Below are positions 33,982 to 43,472 of a stretch of 51,838 nucleotides of DNA, piece after piece. Source of the stretch: Verrucomicrobiota bacterium. Its GTDB lineage: Bacteria > Verrucomicrobiota > Verrucomicrobiia > Limisphaerales > SIBE01. The first letter of the stretch is position 1. Each line of letters opens with the position of its first letter. Under the pieces are notes generated by a model. It did no database searches and was not told where the DNA came from. It saw only the letters and a list, made by a program, of their open reading frames with translations. Position numbers and translations under genes: made by a program. The stretch spans positions 1 through 51,838 of the forward strand of contig JACPRI010000068.1 of the NCBI GenBank assembly GCA_016190065.1. Reading direction: 5' to 3'.

Positions 33982-34719
33982 TTATTTCAACGATTTGATC
34001 CTGATGTTCTTGAACTGAACCGTCATCGGCGGCCCGACGTGGATTTGCAGCGCTAGAATCCCCTCTTTGGCAGCTCTGGCCGAGTCCTCGTCCACGACAT
34101 CGACGGTTTGCATGCCGTTGATGAAATGCTGAAGATGGTTGCCTTTGGCGACCACGACGTACTCGTTCCAATCTTCCTTTTTGATTCTGGCTTGGATTTC
34201 TCTGGAATCACCGAGCGAACCGACCACTTCCTTCTTGTGACGGTTCGGATTGGAGGAATCCTCCTTGATGACAGTCTTTTCGCCACGCAGCGCGAGGATT
34301 CCGCGCGCCCGCTCCTCATATAAAATGCCTGAATATGTCGTGCCCGCCTCGAAGTCCGCTTGATACCCGCTGACGATGGGGCCGAATTTCCCCTGCTCGA
34401 TGACCTTGCTCCGGTACTGGATTCCCGAGTTGCCATTCACAATGCGGTAAGAAAGCCGCAGCTCGAAATCGTCCACCTTCCCGCCCGTGTAAACGAGGAA
34501 CGTATTGTGCCCGAGCTTCGGATCCGCTTTTGTGACGCCCGTGATTGTTCCATCCTTCACCGACCAAAGGTCTGGATTGCCTTCCCAGCCCGTGAGGTCT
34601 TTGCCGTTGAAGAGCGATTTAAAGCCTTCCTCGTGATTCGCGCTGAAGACGCAAGAAGGAGCCAGGGCTAGCATGGCACCCAAACTTATGGCGAAGGTCA
34701 CGAATCTTCGGAAATTCAT
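33982..34719 (-). CDS. DUF1080 (3-keto-disaccharide hydrolase-like) domain protein
   Basis: GFKSLFNGKDLTGWEGNPDLWSVKDGTITG...FELRLSYRIVNGNSGIQYRS...GILALQIHVGPPMTVQFKNIRIKSL. Signal peptide from the internal Met at 34719. Confidence 0.85.
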   Translation of the reverse strand: MNFRRFVTFAISLGAMLALAPSCVFSANHEEGFKSLFNGKDLTGWEGNPDLWSVKDGTITGVTKADPKLGHNTFLVYTGGKVDDFELRLSYRIVNGNSGIQYRSKVIEQGKFGPIVSGYQADFEAGTTYSGILYEERARGILALRGEKTVIKEDSSNPNRHKKEVVGSLGDSREIQARIKKEDWNEYVVVAKGNHLQHFINGMQTVDVVDEDSARAAKEGILALQIHVGPPMTVQFKNIRIKSLK

Positions 34720-34789
34720 TCTGGTTTGCCGACGTAAACATGAATTGAGTTTCATAGAAATAAATAACAGGTTGATGATGTAATGCTGA

Positions 34790-35041
34790 TTATGCCGCAT
34801 CTAGAACCGATTCAGTCGCACGATTAAACCGGCGCTTGGCCGCCGAAGGAAGCGAGATCGGAACGAACATCCATGTGGGATAAAGATAATCCTCACCCGA
34901 GTCGTCGATGACCCGCAGGAAACCATCTGCAGACGATTTTCGGTCGGGCAAGACCTCATAAACTTTTCTCGGAGTCAGATCGGCATCGGCTTCCGCCCGG
35001 ACGCACAGGACAAATCTGGAGGACGATTTGCGTCGTTTCAT
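34790..35041 (-). CDS. Small hypothetical protein
   Basis: 83 aa (FVLCVRAEADADLTPRKVYEVLPDRKSSADGFLRVIDDSGEDYLYPTWMFVPISLP), co-oriented with its neighbours. The xVIDESGEDYLYP motif recurs in small uncharacterised bacterial proteins (recalled from memory). Confidence 0.5.
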   Translation of the reverse strand: MKRRKSSSRFVLCVRAEADADLTPRKVYEVLPDRKSSADGFLRVIDDSGEDYLYPTWMFVPISLPSAAKRRFNRATESVLDAA

Positions 35042-35106
35042 GCTGACTTAGTCGCCGAAATCTCTCCGATGATCTCAAAGGCCATTCCCCCCCTCAATCC
35101 CCGATT

Positions 35107-35952
35107 TCAGGCAAGCATCCTGCGCAAAAACTTAATCCCTTTCACCGCGATTTCATTCCGGGTCGGTTCCATGCGCCGCCAAATTGCCGCCGCGCGCGCG
35201 ATCACTTTCACATCCGTGGTGAACGACTCGATCACGACGTCGCCCTTGTACCCGATGCGCTTCAGCGCCGCCACGATGGGTTTCCAATCGATGTGATCGT
35301 TGCCCGGGGTGCCGCGGTCGCTGCCGCAGGCGTGAAAATGGGCGAGCAATTTGCCGGCTTTGCGGATCGCGGCCGCCTGGTTCTTTTGCTCGATGTTCAT
35401 GTGGAAAGTGTCGAGGTGAAGTTTCAGCGCCGGGCTGCCGACGTCGCGGATCATCTTGAGGCCTTGCTCGCACGTGTTGATGAAATCGGTCTCGAAGCGA
35501 TTGAGCGGCTCCAGGCAGACTTGCTTGCCTTTCTTCTCCGCGTATTTGCACAGCGACTTCAAATTTTTCACGACCGTCTTCCACTGCTTCTTCTGCTCTT
35601 TCGGCGGCACGGCATCGGCGCGGCCCACCGCGGAATAAACCGGTCCGATCAAGCTGGGACAATCGAGCACGACCATTTGGTCGATCAACTTCAGCATGTA
35701 ATTCAGTCCGGTCCGCTGTTGTTGCGGCGTGCCGCGCAAGTCGCGGTCCGGTCCCATGCAGGCGCAAACCGAGCCGCAGACCAAGCCATGCTTGGCCAGT
35801 TGCGCCTTCACGTGCGCCGGATCGATGTGCGAGGTGTCTTCCACGGGAATTTCGACGGTTTGGAAACCCCAGCGCTTGAAAGTCGGAAAGAGCGACGTGC
35901 TTTTGTTGGTGAAAGGGGAGGTAAAGAGAAAAGTATTAATGCCAAGTCTCAT
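35107..35952 (-). CDS. Sugar phosphate isomerase/epimerase (xylose isomerase-like TIM barrel)
   Basis: 281 aa with GFQTVEIPVED..., CLEPLNRFETDFINT and LHLDTFHMNIEQ, the typical AP endonuclease 2/xylose isomerase-like metal-site blocks. Confidence 0.85.
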   Translation of the reverse strand: MRLGINTFLFTSPFTNKSTSLFPTFKRWGFQTVEIPVEDTSHIDPAHVKAQLAKHGLVCGSVCACMGPDRDLRGTPQQQRTGLNYMLKLIDQMVVLDCPSLIGPVYSAVGRADAVPPKEQKKQWKTVVKNLKSLCKYAEKKGKQVCLEPLNRFETDFINTCEQGLKMIRDVGSPALKLHLDTFHMNIEQKNQAAAIRKAGKLLAHFHACGSDRGTPGNDHIDWKPIVAALKRIGYKGDVVIESFTTDVKVIARAAAIWRRMEPTRNEIAVKGIKFLRRMLA

Positions 35953-36051
35953 AAGGTGTGAGCAAGGCTAGTCGAATGAACGCCTCTGTCAAAGGGATTC
36001 AAGGCAAGCTTCCGGCGCCGACCCGCTTCCGGCGGCTTCAGGGAAAATAGT

Positions 36052-36077
36052 GGGACGCGGGGGAACGCGTCTTTACC
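36052..36077. repeat. Short hairpin repeat (family gggacgcgg-N-ggaacgcgtcYttacc), copy 2
   Basis: gggacgcgggggaacgcgtctttacc. It matches the reverse complement of 14554-14579 and is intergenic. Confidence 0.55.
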
Positions 36078-36091
36078 CAGGTGCGCCCCCC

Positions 36092-38719
36092 CTACGGCTC
36101 AAACACCCGGACGCGATAGTATTTGGCTTGCGCAGTCGGGATTGAATCTTCTACTGCCGCGGCCGAATTCGTCGCGGAGAAAAAGAGCCGATTGGCGGGA
36201 ACGTCCAAAGGTTTCCACGACGCCGGATTAAAAAGGTCCGTCGTGAATTGAACTTCAAACCCGCGATTGGCAATTCGGGGGAACTTCAGCCGCACTTTGT
36301 CACCGTCGCGCTCGACCGTGACTCTCCACACGTCCGAATCCAGGAGCGGATCGGTTCCCACCAGGTACTCCTGATAGTTCGAGGCGCCGTCATCGTCCGG
36401 ATCTTCGGACGCCCCGGCGATGGGTGAGGTGTTCAGCTCGAAGTGAGCGCGCTGCCACTCGGCGAAGCTACGAGACTTGGGCAGATCGTTTGTGATCCAG
36501 GCGCTCAGGAGCGCGACGCCGGCCGCGTCCACTTCGGTCGAAGCAATCGGCGGCATCTGTCCCGCGCCACGGGCGGAAATGCGTTTCAACAGCATCGAGT
36601 GCTCGATGGAGCCTGGCTTTACACTACGCGCCTCCGGATTGCCTCGATCGTTCACGAGCAGCCCGTTGATCAATCCAGACTCGGCTGTTCTTGTCGTCAG
36701 CCGCGCATCCCACTGGCCGAGCGCAGAACCGCCGGGCTGATGGCATTGCGAACAGTTCGCCGCGAGATAAGAGCGGACGCGGTGTTCCAGGCTGGCGGCG
36801 TCATCAGCCGGATGAGCCGCCGCCAGCAACGTGTTCACACCCGCGACTTCGGCATCGAAATATCCGGCGCCACTCAGCGCGCGGATCTGGTTGGCGGCGG
36901 TGTTGCCGTAGTTGAAGTCGCGATTCAACTGCTCGGTCTTGAATCCCAGCGCGTGGCCGGCGACGGGCGTGTGGCACGCGAGACATTCGCTGCGACTCGG
37001 ATAATGCCAGATCTGCGTGCGCAGAATGCCGCCGTCATTGATGACCAGCGGCTCGTCCAATCCATCTTCGGGCACGAGCCTGGCGTTTTGTTGGTCCTCG
37101 TCCCACTTGTAAGTCACGCCATAGACGCCGTCGCTGTTCCGCACGATAAAGCGCGTTTCGAGCCGCCGCGCCGACTCCGGCGCTCCCTTCCTGATTTCCA
37201 ACTCGAAATGCTTGATCCAGACCGCCCCCATCGGAAACGACCAATTGCCCTCCCGGCTGAAGCTGATTTTCTTGGCCGGATCGGGAACGGAAAACCAGCG
37301 GCGCTTCTGGGCGTAATCCGACCAGAACGGCACATTGATTTCGTAAGGCACGATGCCGGATTGCGGCGTGAGTTTGGCGAGGTCAGCGAAGGCGCCGGTC
37401 TCGGACAAGAGCGGCGGCAACGGCACGCCCGTCGTATTCGTGCTATAGATCAGCCGCTTGATGGCATCCTCGCCCACGTCGGCCAGAAGCACGTCGCCGT
37501 TCGACGGATCGACGCCGAACCCCACGATGTCCCGGTCCACGGCCAGACGCGTGACGTTCGTGGACCCGCTCCCGTCGTAGAGCAACCCCCAAATATTCCC
37601 GGTTCCGTAGTCGGCAAAAATGTAGCGGCCATAAAGCTGGGAGAACCGGTTGCCGCGATAAACCAGGCCGCCCGTGACCGAGACGCCCTGGTTGCGCGGG
37701 TAATCGAAAATCGGATTGATGTGGGAGAAGCCTGCCGGAGTGGCGCGCGGCCCAGCGATCAGCCCCTCTCGATAATTCCAGCCGTAATTGCCGCCTTTGA
37801 CGATCAGGTTGATTTCCTCGCGGCGATCCTGGCCCACGTCACCGACGTACAGCCGGCCGGTGGGCCGATCGAAGGACATGCGCCAGGGATTGCGCAGCCC
37901 GACGGCATAGAATTCCGTGCGGACCCGGGCGGGATCGACCGGGCGCCCAAGAAAATTCGTCGCGCCGACGAACGGATTGTCCGGAGGAACGGTGTAGTTG
38001 TTGGTCCGGGAGGCGGCGTGCGGATTCGGCGGCAGACTCCCAGGACGCTTGTCCACGTCGATTCTCAGAATCCCGGCGAAGAAATCTTTGTCGATGCGCT
38101 GGCTGTTGGCGTATTGGTCGTTCGCGCCTCCCTCGTCGCCGAGAGAATAGTACAGGTAACCGTCCGGCCCGAAATGGAGGTCGCCCCCGTTGTGGTTGCT
38201 CGCTTCATCCGGCTGGTTGATGAGAATCAATTCCGAAGTCGCCAACGCGCGGCTGGGATCACTCGGATCGGTTTCAAAACGCGACAGCCGCCCCGCGGCC
38301 CCGCCGGTGCCCGTCGTGTAGGCGACGAAGAAATAACGATTCGTCGCGTAGCCGGGATGGAAGGCCAGTCCGAGCAGTCCGCGCTCGTCTGCCGGCACGC
38401 CGCCCGTGACGCGGCTGGAAATATCCAGGAACACCGTTCGCGTCGGAGCCAGCAGATTGGTCACGACGGCGATTCTGCCGCGCTGTTCCACCACGAATAA
38501 GCGGTTCGTTTCGCCCGGTGGGGTAACCATTGCCATGGGGTCCGTGAACCTCAGGCTCCCAAATGCGCGCGCGGTCGTGAAGCCAAACACCGGCGGTTTC
38601 TCCGGCATGCGCAGCGTGACATTCGCGTCGCGGCGCAGCGGAACCACGGATTGAGCAAAACCGGTCGCGACGCCAAGGCAAACCGCGCAGATGGACAAGA
38701 GAGATTTCAGCACACTCAT
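36092..38719 (-). CDS. PQQ-dependent sugar (glucose/sorbosone) dehydrogenase fused to a two-CxxCH cytochrome-like region and a C-terminal ...YYRV domain
   Basis: LGLAFHPGYATNRYFFVAYT, SNHNGGDLHFGPDGYLYYSLGDEG and GLRNPWRMSFD (SGDH beta-propeller). Heme motifs CLACH and CSQCH. The signal peptide starts at the Met at 38719; an alternative ATG lies at 38755. Confidence 0.85.
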   Translation of the reverse strand: MSVLKSLLSICAVCLGVATGFAQSVVPLRRDANVTLRMPEKPPVFGFTTARAFGSLRFTDPMAMVTPPGETNRLFVVEQRGRIAVVTNLLAPTRTVFLDISSRVTGGVPADERGLLGLAFHPGYATNRYFFVAYTTGTGGAAGRLSRFETDPSDPSRALATSELILINQPDEASNHNGGDLHFGPDGYLYYSLGDEGGANDQYANSQRIDKDFFAGILRIDVDKRPGSLPPNPHAASRTNNYTVPPDNPFVGATNFLGRPVDPARVRTEFYAVGLRNPWRMSFDRPTGRLYVGDVGQDRREEINLIVKGGNYGWNYREGLIAGPRATPAGFSHINPIFDYPRNQGVSVTGGLVYRGNRFSQLYGRYIFADYGTGNIWGLLYDGSGSTNVTRLAVDRDIVGFGVDPSNGDVLLADVGEDAIKRLIYSTNTTGVPLPPLLSETGAFADLAKLTPQSGIVPYEINVPFWSDYAQKRRWFSVPDPAKKISFSREGNWSFPMGAVWIKHFELEIRKGAPESARRLETRFIVRNSDGVYGVTYKWDEDQQNARLVPEDGLDEPLVINDGGILRTQIWHYPSRSECLACHTPVAGHALGFKTEQLNRDFNYGNTAANQIRALSGAGYFDAEVAGVNTLLAAAHPADDAASLEHRVRSYLAANCSQCHQPGGSALGQWDARLTTRTAESGLINGLLVNDRGNPEARSVKPGSIEHSMLLKRISARGAGQMPPIASTEVDAAGVALLSAWITNDLPKSRSFAEWQRAHFELNTSPIAGASEDPDDDGASNYQEYLVGTDPLLDSDVWRVTVERDGDKVRLKFPRIANRGFEVQFTTDLFNPASWKPLDVPANRLFFSATNSAAAVEDSIPTAQAKYYRVRVFEP

Positions 38720-38922
38720 GGGATCGAAATTGCCAGCCGCCCGCTCAAATGTCAAAAGCTGCTAGCGGCCAAGAGACGCCAAGAGACTTCGTTTTCTTGG
38801 TTGCCTTCTGTTAAGTACGCAGAGGGCTTGACACGAATTACGCGAATTCTCGCGAATAAGGGTCCCCGGGCTCAATTCGTGCAAATTCCTGAAATCCGTG
38901 TCTCTTTTGCGGAACCTTGCGT

Positions 38923-40398
38923 TCAGCAACACACCAGCACCCGCGGCTCGATGTGGCCGGCCTGGGACAAATGCAGCACTTTGGTGATGACGGAGTTGCT
39001 CAACTCGGTTCCCTGGCCCAGGACGAGAACGCCATCCCAGTTGACCATATCCGCGGCCAGCACCATCCCGGGCTGCAGAGATGAGGAAATCAATTCTCTT
39101 TCACCTCTGGGCAACGCCGTGCATGCGGCCGCCTGAACGAAGGCCTGTACGGCCTGGGGATCATATCGTTGATTCGCCTGGGCCTCGATTTCTCTTACGG
39201 CTTTTTCGTTCGGCGTGTGTCGGCTGCAATAATCTGTCACGACGGACAACAACCGGGAAAGCCAGGGAATCATCTCCATCCGTAGCCCGTCCGGATACCC
39301 ACTGCCGTCCCAATTCTCATGGTGGGCGGCAACGATTTCGCCCGCTTCTTTGAACGCGGGACAAGCCTCGAGCAAGCGTTGCGACTGCACCGGGTGCCGC
39401 TTGATCACGTTCCATTCCTCCTTCGTGCATTTGTCCGGACCGCGCTGCCAGCGATGCAGGAGTTCCTTGTCCAACCGAACCAGAGCGACATCCTGCAAGG
39501 CGGCCGCCCAGAGCAGATTCTGCAGTTGAGACGCCGGCAGTTGGAGCCGTTCCCCAATCGCCTTGCACAGGACCACCGTGCGCATCGAGGTATTGGCGAT
39601 ATTCGGGTGGTGCGCCGCGAGCATCCGAAGAAACACTTCCACCCCGAATTCAACTCGCGACGCTTCGGCCGTAACCGTGGCCAAACGGGCGATTGCGTCC
39701 GCGGTTGCCGGGATGGCGTTTGCGGGCTGAACTGGCTTGGCCACTTCGTCCGCGCTTGGCTCACCTGTCGGTGTGGGCGGACGCGTTTGCCGGGTGTCCT
39801 TAGCCGCGCCGGATTCGTGCGTGGACGGAGTCGAGTCGCTGGAGTCCAAGTCGGCTCGCGGCGACGCTGGTTGGGAAGCGCTTGACGCCTCGCCGCCTTC
39901 TGCCGGTTTGATCGGGAGTTTGAGAGAAACGGCGTGATGCGTCCGACGGCCTTTGGGACTCGCTTTGGGCCGTGCAGCCGCGGCGTTTGCGGATTGTGCT
40001 GCCGCCAGAGTGCGTTCAACGACCGCCCGCAGTTCATCCAGAGGCGACGACTTGCTCATGCACTCGGAGGCTCCCCTTTCGAGAGCTCGACGCTTCAACT
40101 CATCGTCTGCGCCCAAACCCGTGATGATGATCACCGGGCAGCGATAGCGACGCCGCTTGAGGTTGGCCAACAAGTCGAGCCCATCCGAATCCTGCAGCAA
40201 CACGTCGAGAATGATCAGCTCGGCCGGGAACTGCTTGAGCTGGCGAAACATCTCGCTCTCCGTCGCCGCCGTCGAAACGTAGTAACCGTGCCTCTGGAAA
40301 TAAGTCTGGAGCAGCTCTCGAATGGGCGCTTCATCATCGACGACCAGAATGCGGCGCCGCGGCCCTGGTTTCTCGGATGGCTCCGTTGGTGTGTTCAT
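38923..40398 (-). CDS. Response regulator: REC domain, ~110-aa Pro/Ser/Ala-rich linker, degenerate HD-GYP domain and a small C-terminal domain
   Basis: The REC domain looks intact (ILVVDDEAP...LIILDVLLQDSDG...VIIITG...CMSKS). The HD-GYP signature HHENWDGSGYPDGL is present, but the HD dyad reads LQDVAL. Confidence 0.85.
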   Translation of the reverse strand: MNTPTEPSEKPGPRRRILVVDDEAPIRELLQTYFQRHGYYVSTAATESEMFRQLKQFPAELIILDVLLQDSDGLDLLANLKRRRYRCPVIIITGLGADDELKRRALERGASECMSKSSPLDELRAVVERTLAAAQSANAAAARPKASPKGRRTHHAVSLKLPIKPAEGGEASSASQPASPRADLDSSDSTPSTHESGAAKDTRQTRPPTPTGEPSADEVAKPVQPANAIPATADAIARLATVTAEASRVEFGVEVFLRMLAAHHPNIANTSMRTVVLCKAIGERLQLPASQLQNLLWAAALQDVALVRLDKELLHRWQRGPDKCTKEEWNVIKRHPVQSQRLLEACPAFKEAGEIVAAHHENWDGSGYPDGLRMEMIPWLSRLLSVVTDYCSRHTPNEKAVREIEAQANQRYDPQAVQAFVQAAACTALPRGERELISSSLQPGMVLAADMVNWDGVLVLGQGTELSNSVITKVLHLSQAGHIEPRVLVCC

Positions 40399-40480
40399 AA
40401 TTCAAACTGCGATGCGTGATTGATTCAACGAAGCAATTGAGAAGAATCTTACAACGCCCGTCAAGCTGCGGGGCAGCATT

Positions 40481-40610
40481 TGGGTCACGCAGCGCAGCCG
40501 TCTCGCCGATTTGCAATCGGCAGCGCGTCGGCAGTTCCAGAACCTCGGAACTTGCGGGTGACCGACAGAATACAATTTTGCGTTACGGCAGATTACAAAT
40601 CTGCGCTACG
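40481..40610. repeat. Composite hairpin-rich MITE/REP-like element
   Basis: Contains hairpins gccgatt-tgc-aatcggc and gcagatt-acaa-atctgc, with flanking imperfect inverted arms (gggtcacgcag / cttgcgggtgacc). It overlaps the last codons and the stop of the isochorismatase-like gene. Confidence 0.45.
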
Positions 40611-41501
40611 CGCGTCCGCCTTGAACCGAAACGGTTTCTGACCCGTGAAAGAGGTTGAGGTAATCGTCGGACAGAGGCGCCGTTCGATGTGTTCGACGAT
40701 CAGATCGGTGCCGCGAAATTGGTCGAGGGCGGGCGTTTTGGGCTGGAACAACGCGTCGGTCAGGTCCCGGCACAGCACGACGTTCTTGCCCAGATACACC
40801 ATCTGTCGCAGACCGAACGGGCGGCCGCTGACACAAATGTTCGTGTGCACGCCCATGAGGATCACATTGTCGATCTGGCGCTCCTGAAGAAGATTGTAGA
40901 TCTCCTGGCCGTTATCGCTGATCGCATCCTGGGCGGCGATTTCGATGGTCGCGATTTGCCGCGTCCAGGGAACCGGTCCGCCTTTCTTCCACTGACGAAT
41001 CCTGTGTTCGTCCTCCAGGAAGCCCGGACACGGCTGCTGGCAGCCGCACCCGCCATCGAAGATTTCGGCCAAAGGCGCGCCTTCGCGGTCAGGATTCCAG
41101 TAGTTCCACTTGAATTCGACCGACACGCTGGCCCGGGGCGCTTCGAGTGCACGGCGGCGTTGGGGCGTGTCGTGATAAAACGAAGTGCGCCCACTGGGGG
41201 CGTGAATGATGAAGACGCCCTTCTCGCGGGCCGTACGCAGGGTTTGATTCATGGCCGTCGCCATTTCCGCGACGCGAGCCGCCGCGCCTTTGCACGTGTG
41301 GTCGTCCCACATGTCGCACACAATGATCGCCGTTTTCCCCGCGTCCCAGCGGAGCGTGCGAATCTTCACTTCATACTTGTCGCCACCCTCGCCGGTTCGA
41401 ACTCGGCTGCGCGCTTCCAAAGCGAGGTTTGGGTCGCGGTCGTCGGCAGTGACAGTGCTCGAAAACGTCCATGCATAAATCGCCGCACCGAGCGCGGCCA
41501 T
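40593..41501 (-). CDS. Secreted isochorismatase-family (cysteine hydrolase-like) protein
   Basis: TAIIVCDMWDDHTCKGAA...VFIIHAPSG...IDNVILMGVHTNICVSGRPFGL. The start is set at the internal Met (MAALGAAIYAW). The upstream part of ORF 40593..41912 looks non-coding and repeat-derived. Confidence 0.65.
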   Translation of the reverse strand: MAALGAAIYAWTFSSTVTADDRDPNLALEARSRVRTGEGGDKYEVKIRTLRWDAGKTAIIVCDMWDDHTCKGAAARVAEMATAMNQTLRTAREKGVFIIHAPSGRTSFYHDTPQRRRALEAPRASVSVEFKWNYWNPDREGAPLAEIFDGGCGCQQPCPGFLEDEHRIRQWKKGGPVPWTRQIATIEIAAQDAISDNGQEIYNLLQERQIDNVILMGVHTNICVSGRPFGLRQMVYLGKNVVLCRDLTDALFQPKTPALDQFRGTDLIVEHIERRLCPTITSTSFTGQKPFRFKADARSADL

Positions 41502-41908
41502 TACGGCAAGATTCTGGATTGGCTTGCCCAGGCAATTGCGGAGAGGAAGGTGGGTTTTCACAATGGGAAGGAGGTTAAACGCAAACGCCCGTTCCGCAAG
41601 GCTGGAAGCAGCCGGTGATGCCTCCGGACACCCTTTCCCCCACTGGGGGTGAGAGATTGGAGTTTGGACGTTTTTCGCTGGAAAAACCAACTGTTGAAGC
41701 AGAGAAGTCCCCGATCTGGAACAGTGGATTGAAGACTCTGGGGAATGAGCGGACCGAATTGTGAAGGTTAAAGAGTGAAGTTTCGTTTCTGGAAATCGCT
41801 GCCCCCGCCCTCTCCTCCGCCCGGGGAGAAAATCGACCCGGCTGAACTGGAGCTGGCGCCGCCTGTGATCAGGAAAATTCGAAATTCGTGTCACGAATCT
41901 TGTTCCGG

Positions 41909-42973
41909 TCAACTTGCCTTTCGTGCTTTGCCGGTGCCTTTTCCCTCCCTTTTCCGAAAACTCGTCGTGTCCTTGGCCGTCGATCCGCTCTCCCCAGGTG
42001 AAGGCTCGCTTGAAACCAATCTCAAACTGGGGATTTCGGCGCCATGGCCGTTCGCCCGTTCCGGGCTCGGTTTGACAGCTTCCAGAGGCGCTCCCGGCCT
42101 GGTGTAAAACTCGGTGAGTCCGCTGGGCGGGATCGTGTAATCGATCGCCTCGATCGACTGCTTGACGGATTCGCTGGCCAGATCTATGACCACCGCCTTG
42201 ACGGCCTCAAATGACTCCCGGTCCACCTTCCGCATGAGCTTTTTGAACCGATAGAAAGCCGGTTCGGTCTTGGGCGTGTCGCGAACCAGATCGTCCAAAC
42301 TCTGCTTGAGCGTTTGCTTTTCGGCCTGGTCCAACGACTCCAGTTCGTCCACCAACTCCTTGGCAACCTGAAGTTTCTGGGTTGTCCACGGATAAGCTCT
42401 TCCGCACGCATGGCAGAAGCTCGGAGTGACGTATGGACTGGCCGTGGCGACGCCGTGGACATCGTAGTTTCCGCGAATCCCCGTGCCGCAGTTCTCGCAT
42501 TTGGTCAGGGTGGATTCCCCGCACTGATCGCAAAACTCCTGCCGGTGCGAGGGGCAGTTGTTGTAATGACTGGTGATGACGTGTCCATTTCGGCAAACCT
42601 GGGCCGTATCATAATAGCCGGCCAGATCGCTTTTGCGGTCCCGCGCCTCGGTTCTCCCGGTTCTGGAGACGCTGAAGGAAATGGTCCAGGGATCGGACTC
42701 AGCGGCGGCGGCGGCGACCGCGGCATCTCGGCGCTCCTGGAGCACACGGCGTCGTCGGACCAGGTAATACGGGAAAGTGGCGATCCAGATGGCGACCGAG
42801 GAAATGAACCAGGCCAGTGCGCCATTGTGGATCGAGTAAGGATTGTCGGTCGTGGGGATGCGGTTGACCTTCGCATCGTACGCCAGCCAGATGCTTGTGG
42901 CCAAGATCGTGCCGATGGAAAGAACCGCCAGAAAGAGACCGAGACTAAACTCACCTTGGGCGCCAGTGTTCAT
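41909..42973 (-). CDS. Membrane-anchored DUF2321-like zinc-ribbon protein with a helical C-terminal region
   Basis: Two N-terminal TM helices (FSLGLFLAVLSIGTILATSIWLAY; ALAWFISSVAIWIATFPYYLV). Then VCRNGHVITSHYNNCPSHRQEFCDQCGESTLTKCENCGTGIRG...SFCHACGRAYPWT (DUF2321 cysteine pattern, recalled from memory), followed by a coiled segment and a disordered basic tail. Confidence 0.7.
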   Translation of the reverse strand: MNTGAQGEFSLGLFLAVLSIGTILATSIWLAYDAKVNRIPTTDNPYSIHNGALAWFISSVAIWIATFPYYLVRRRRVLQERRDAAVAAAAAESDPWTISFSVSRTGRTEARDRKSDLAGYYDTAQVCRNGHVITSHYNNCPSHRQEFCDQCGESTLTKCENCGTGIRGNYDVHGVATASPYVTPSFCHACGRAYPWTTQKLQVAKELVDELESLDQAEKQTLKQSLDDLVRDTPKTEPAFYRFKKLMRKVDRESFEAVKAVVIDLASESVKQSIEAIDYTIPPSGLTEFYTRPGAPLEAVKPSPERANGHGAEIPSLRLVSSEPSPGESGSTAKDTTSFRKREGKGTGKARKAS

Positions 42974-43345
42974 ACAGTTTCTCCTGTGTCGAAATCGCAA
43001 CTCGCCATAGCGGACCCCCCTATTATACCTCCCATAATCGCGTCCACAGTAGGTATGGACCTACCAGCGGCGGGGTAAAACCCTGAGGATCGCCGATGGA
43101 ATGACAGAGCTTGCCCAGAGAGAACGCTTTGTCGCAAACTCGGTCGCGGCCCTTGTCGAACGGGCCTGGTTCTTTCGTGTATTGGGTGTATTTCGTGGGT
43201 TGAACTGCCGTTTCTCGGATCATATGAACAAGTTCGAGACAACGCCCATCAGCATCTCCATTGAAGAATTGCGAATCCAGAGGCATGCTTCTCAAGTGAC
43301 AACTGGATTGAACGCTTCGATGTGGGCAGCCATTCCGATGAACCG

Positions 43346-43430
43346 ACCCACCCCTTCACCCCTCCCAGGAGGGGAACTTGCAAACTACGCGCCGAATGTA
43401 GCTCCCCTCCCGGGAGGGGTCGGGGTGGGT
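43346..43430. repeat. 85-bp GC-rich nested palindromic (REP-like) element
   Basis: Outer arms are acccacccc / ggggtgggt. Two inner hairpins are cccctcccaggagggg and cccctcccgggagggg. It lies upstream of the PrcB-like gene. Confidence 0.65.
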
Positions 43431-43472
43431 TCGTGGTGCCGGTTCAGGATTCTTCGACTGTTCAGCGGTGTA

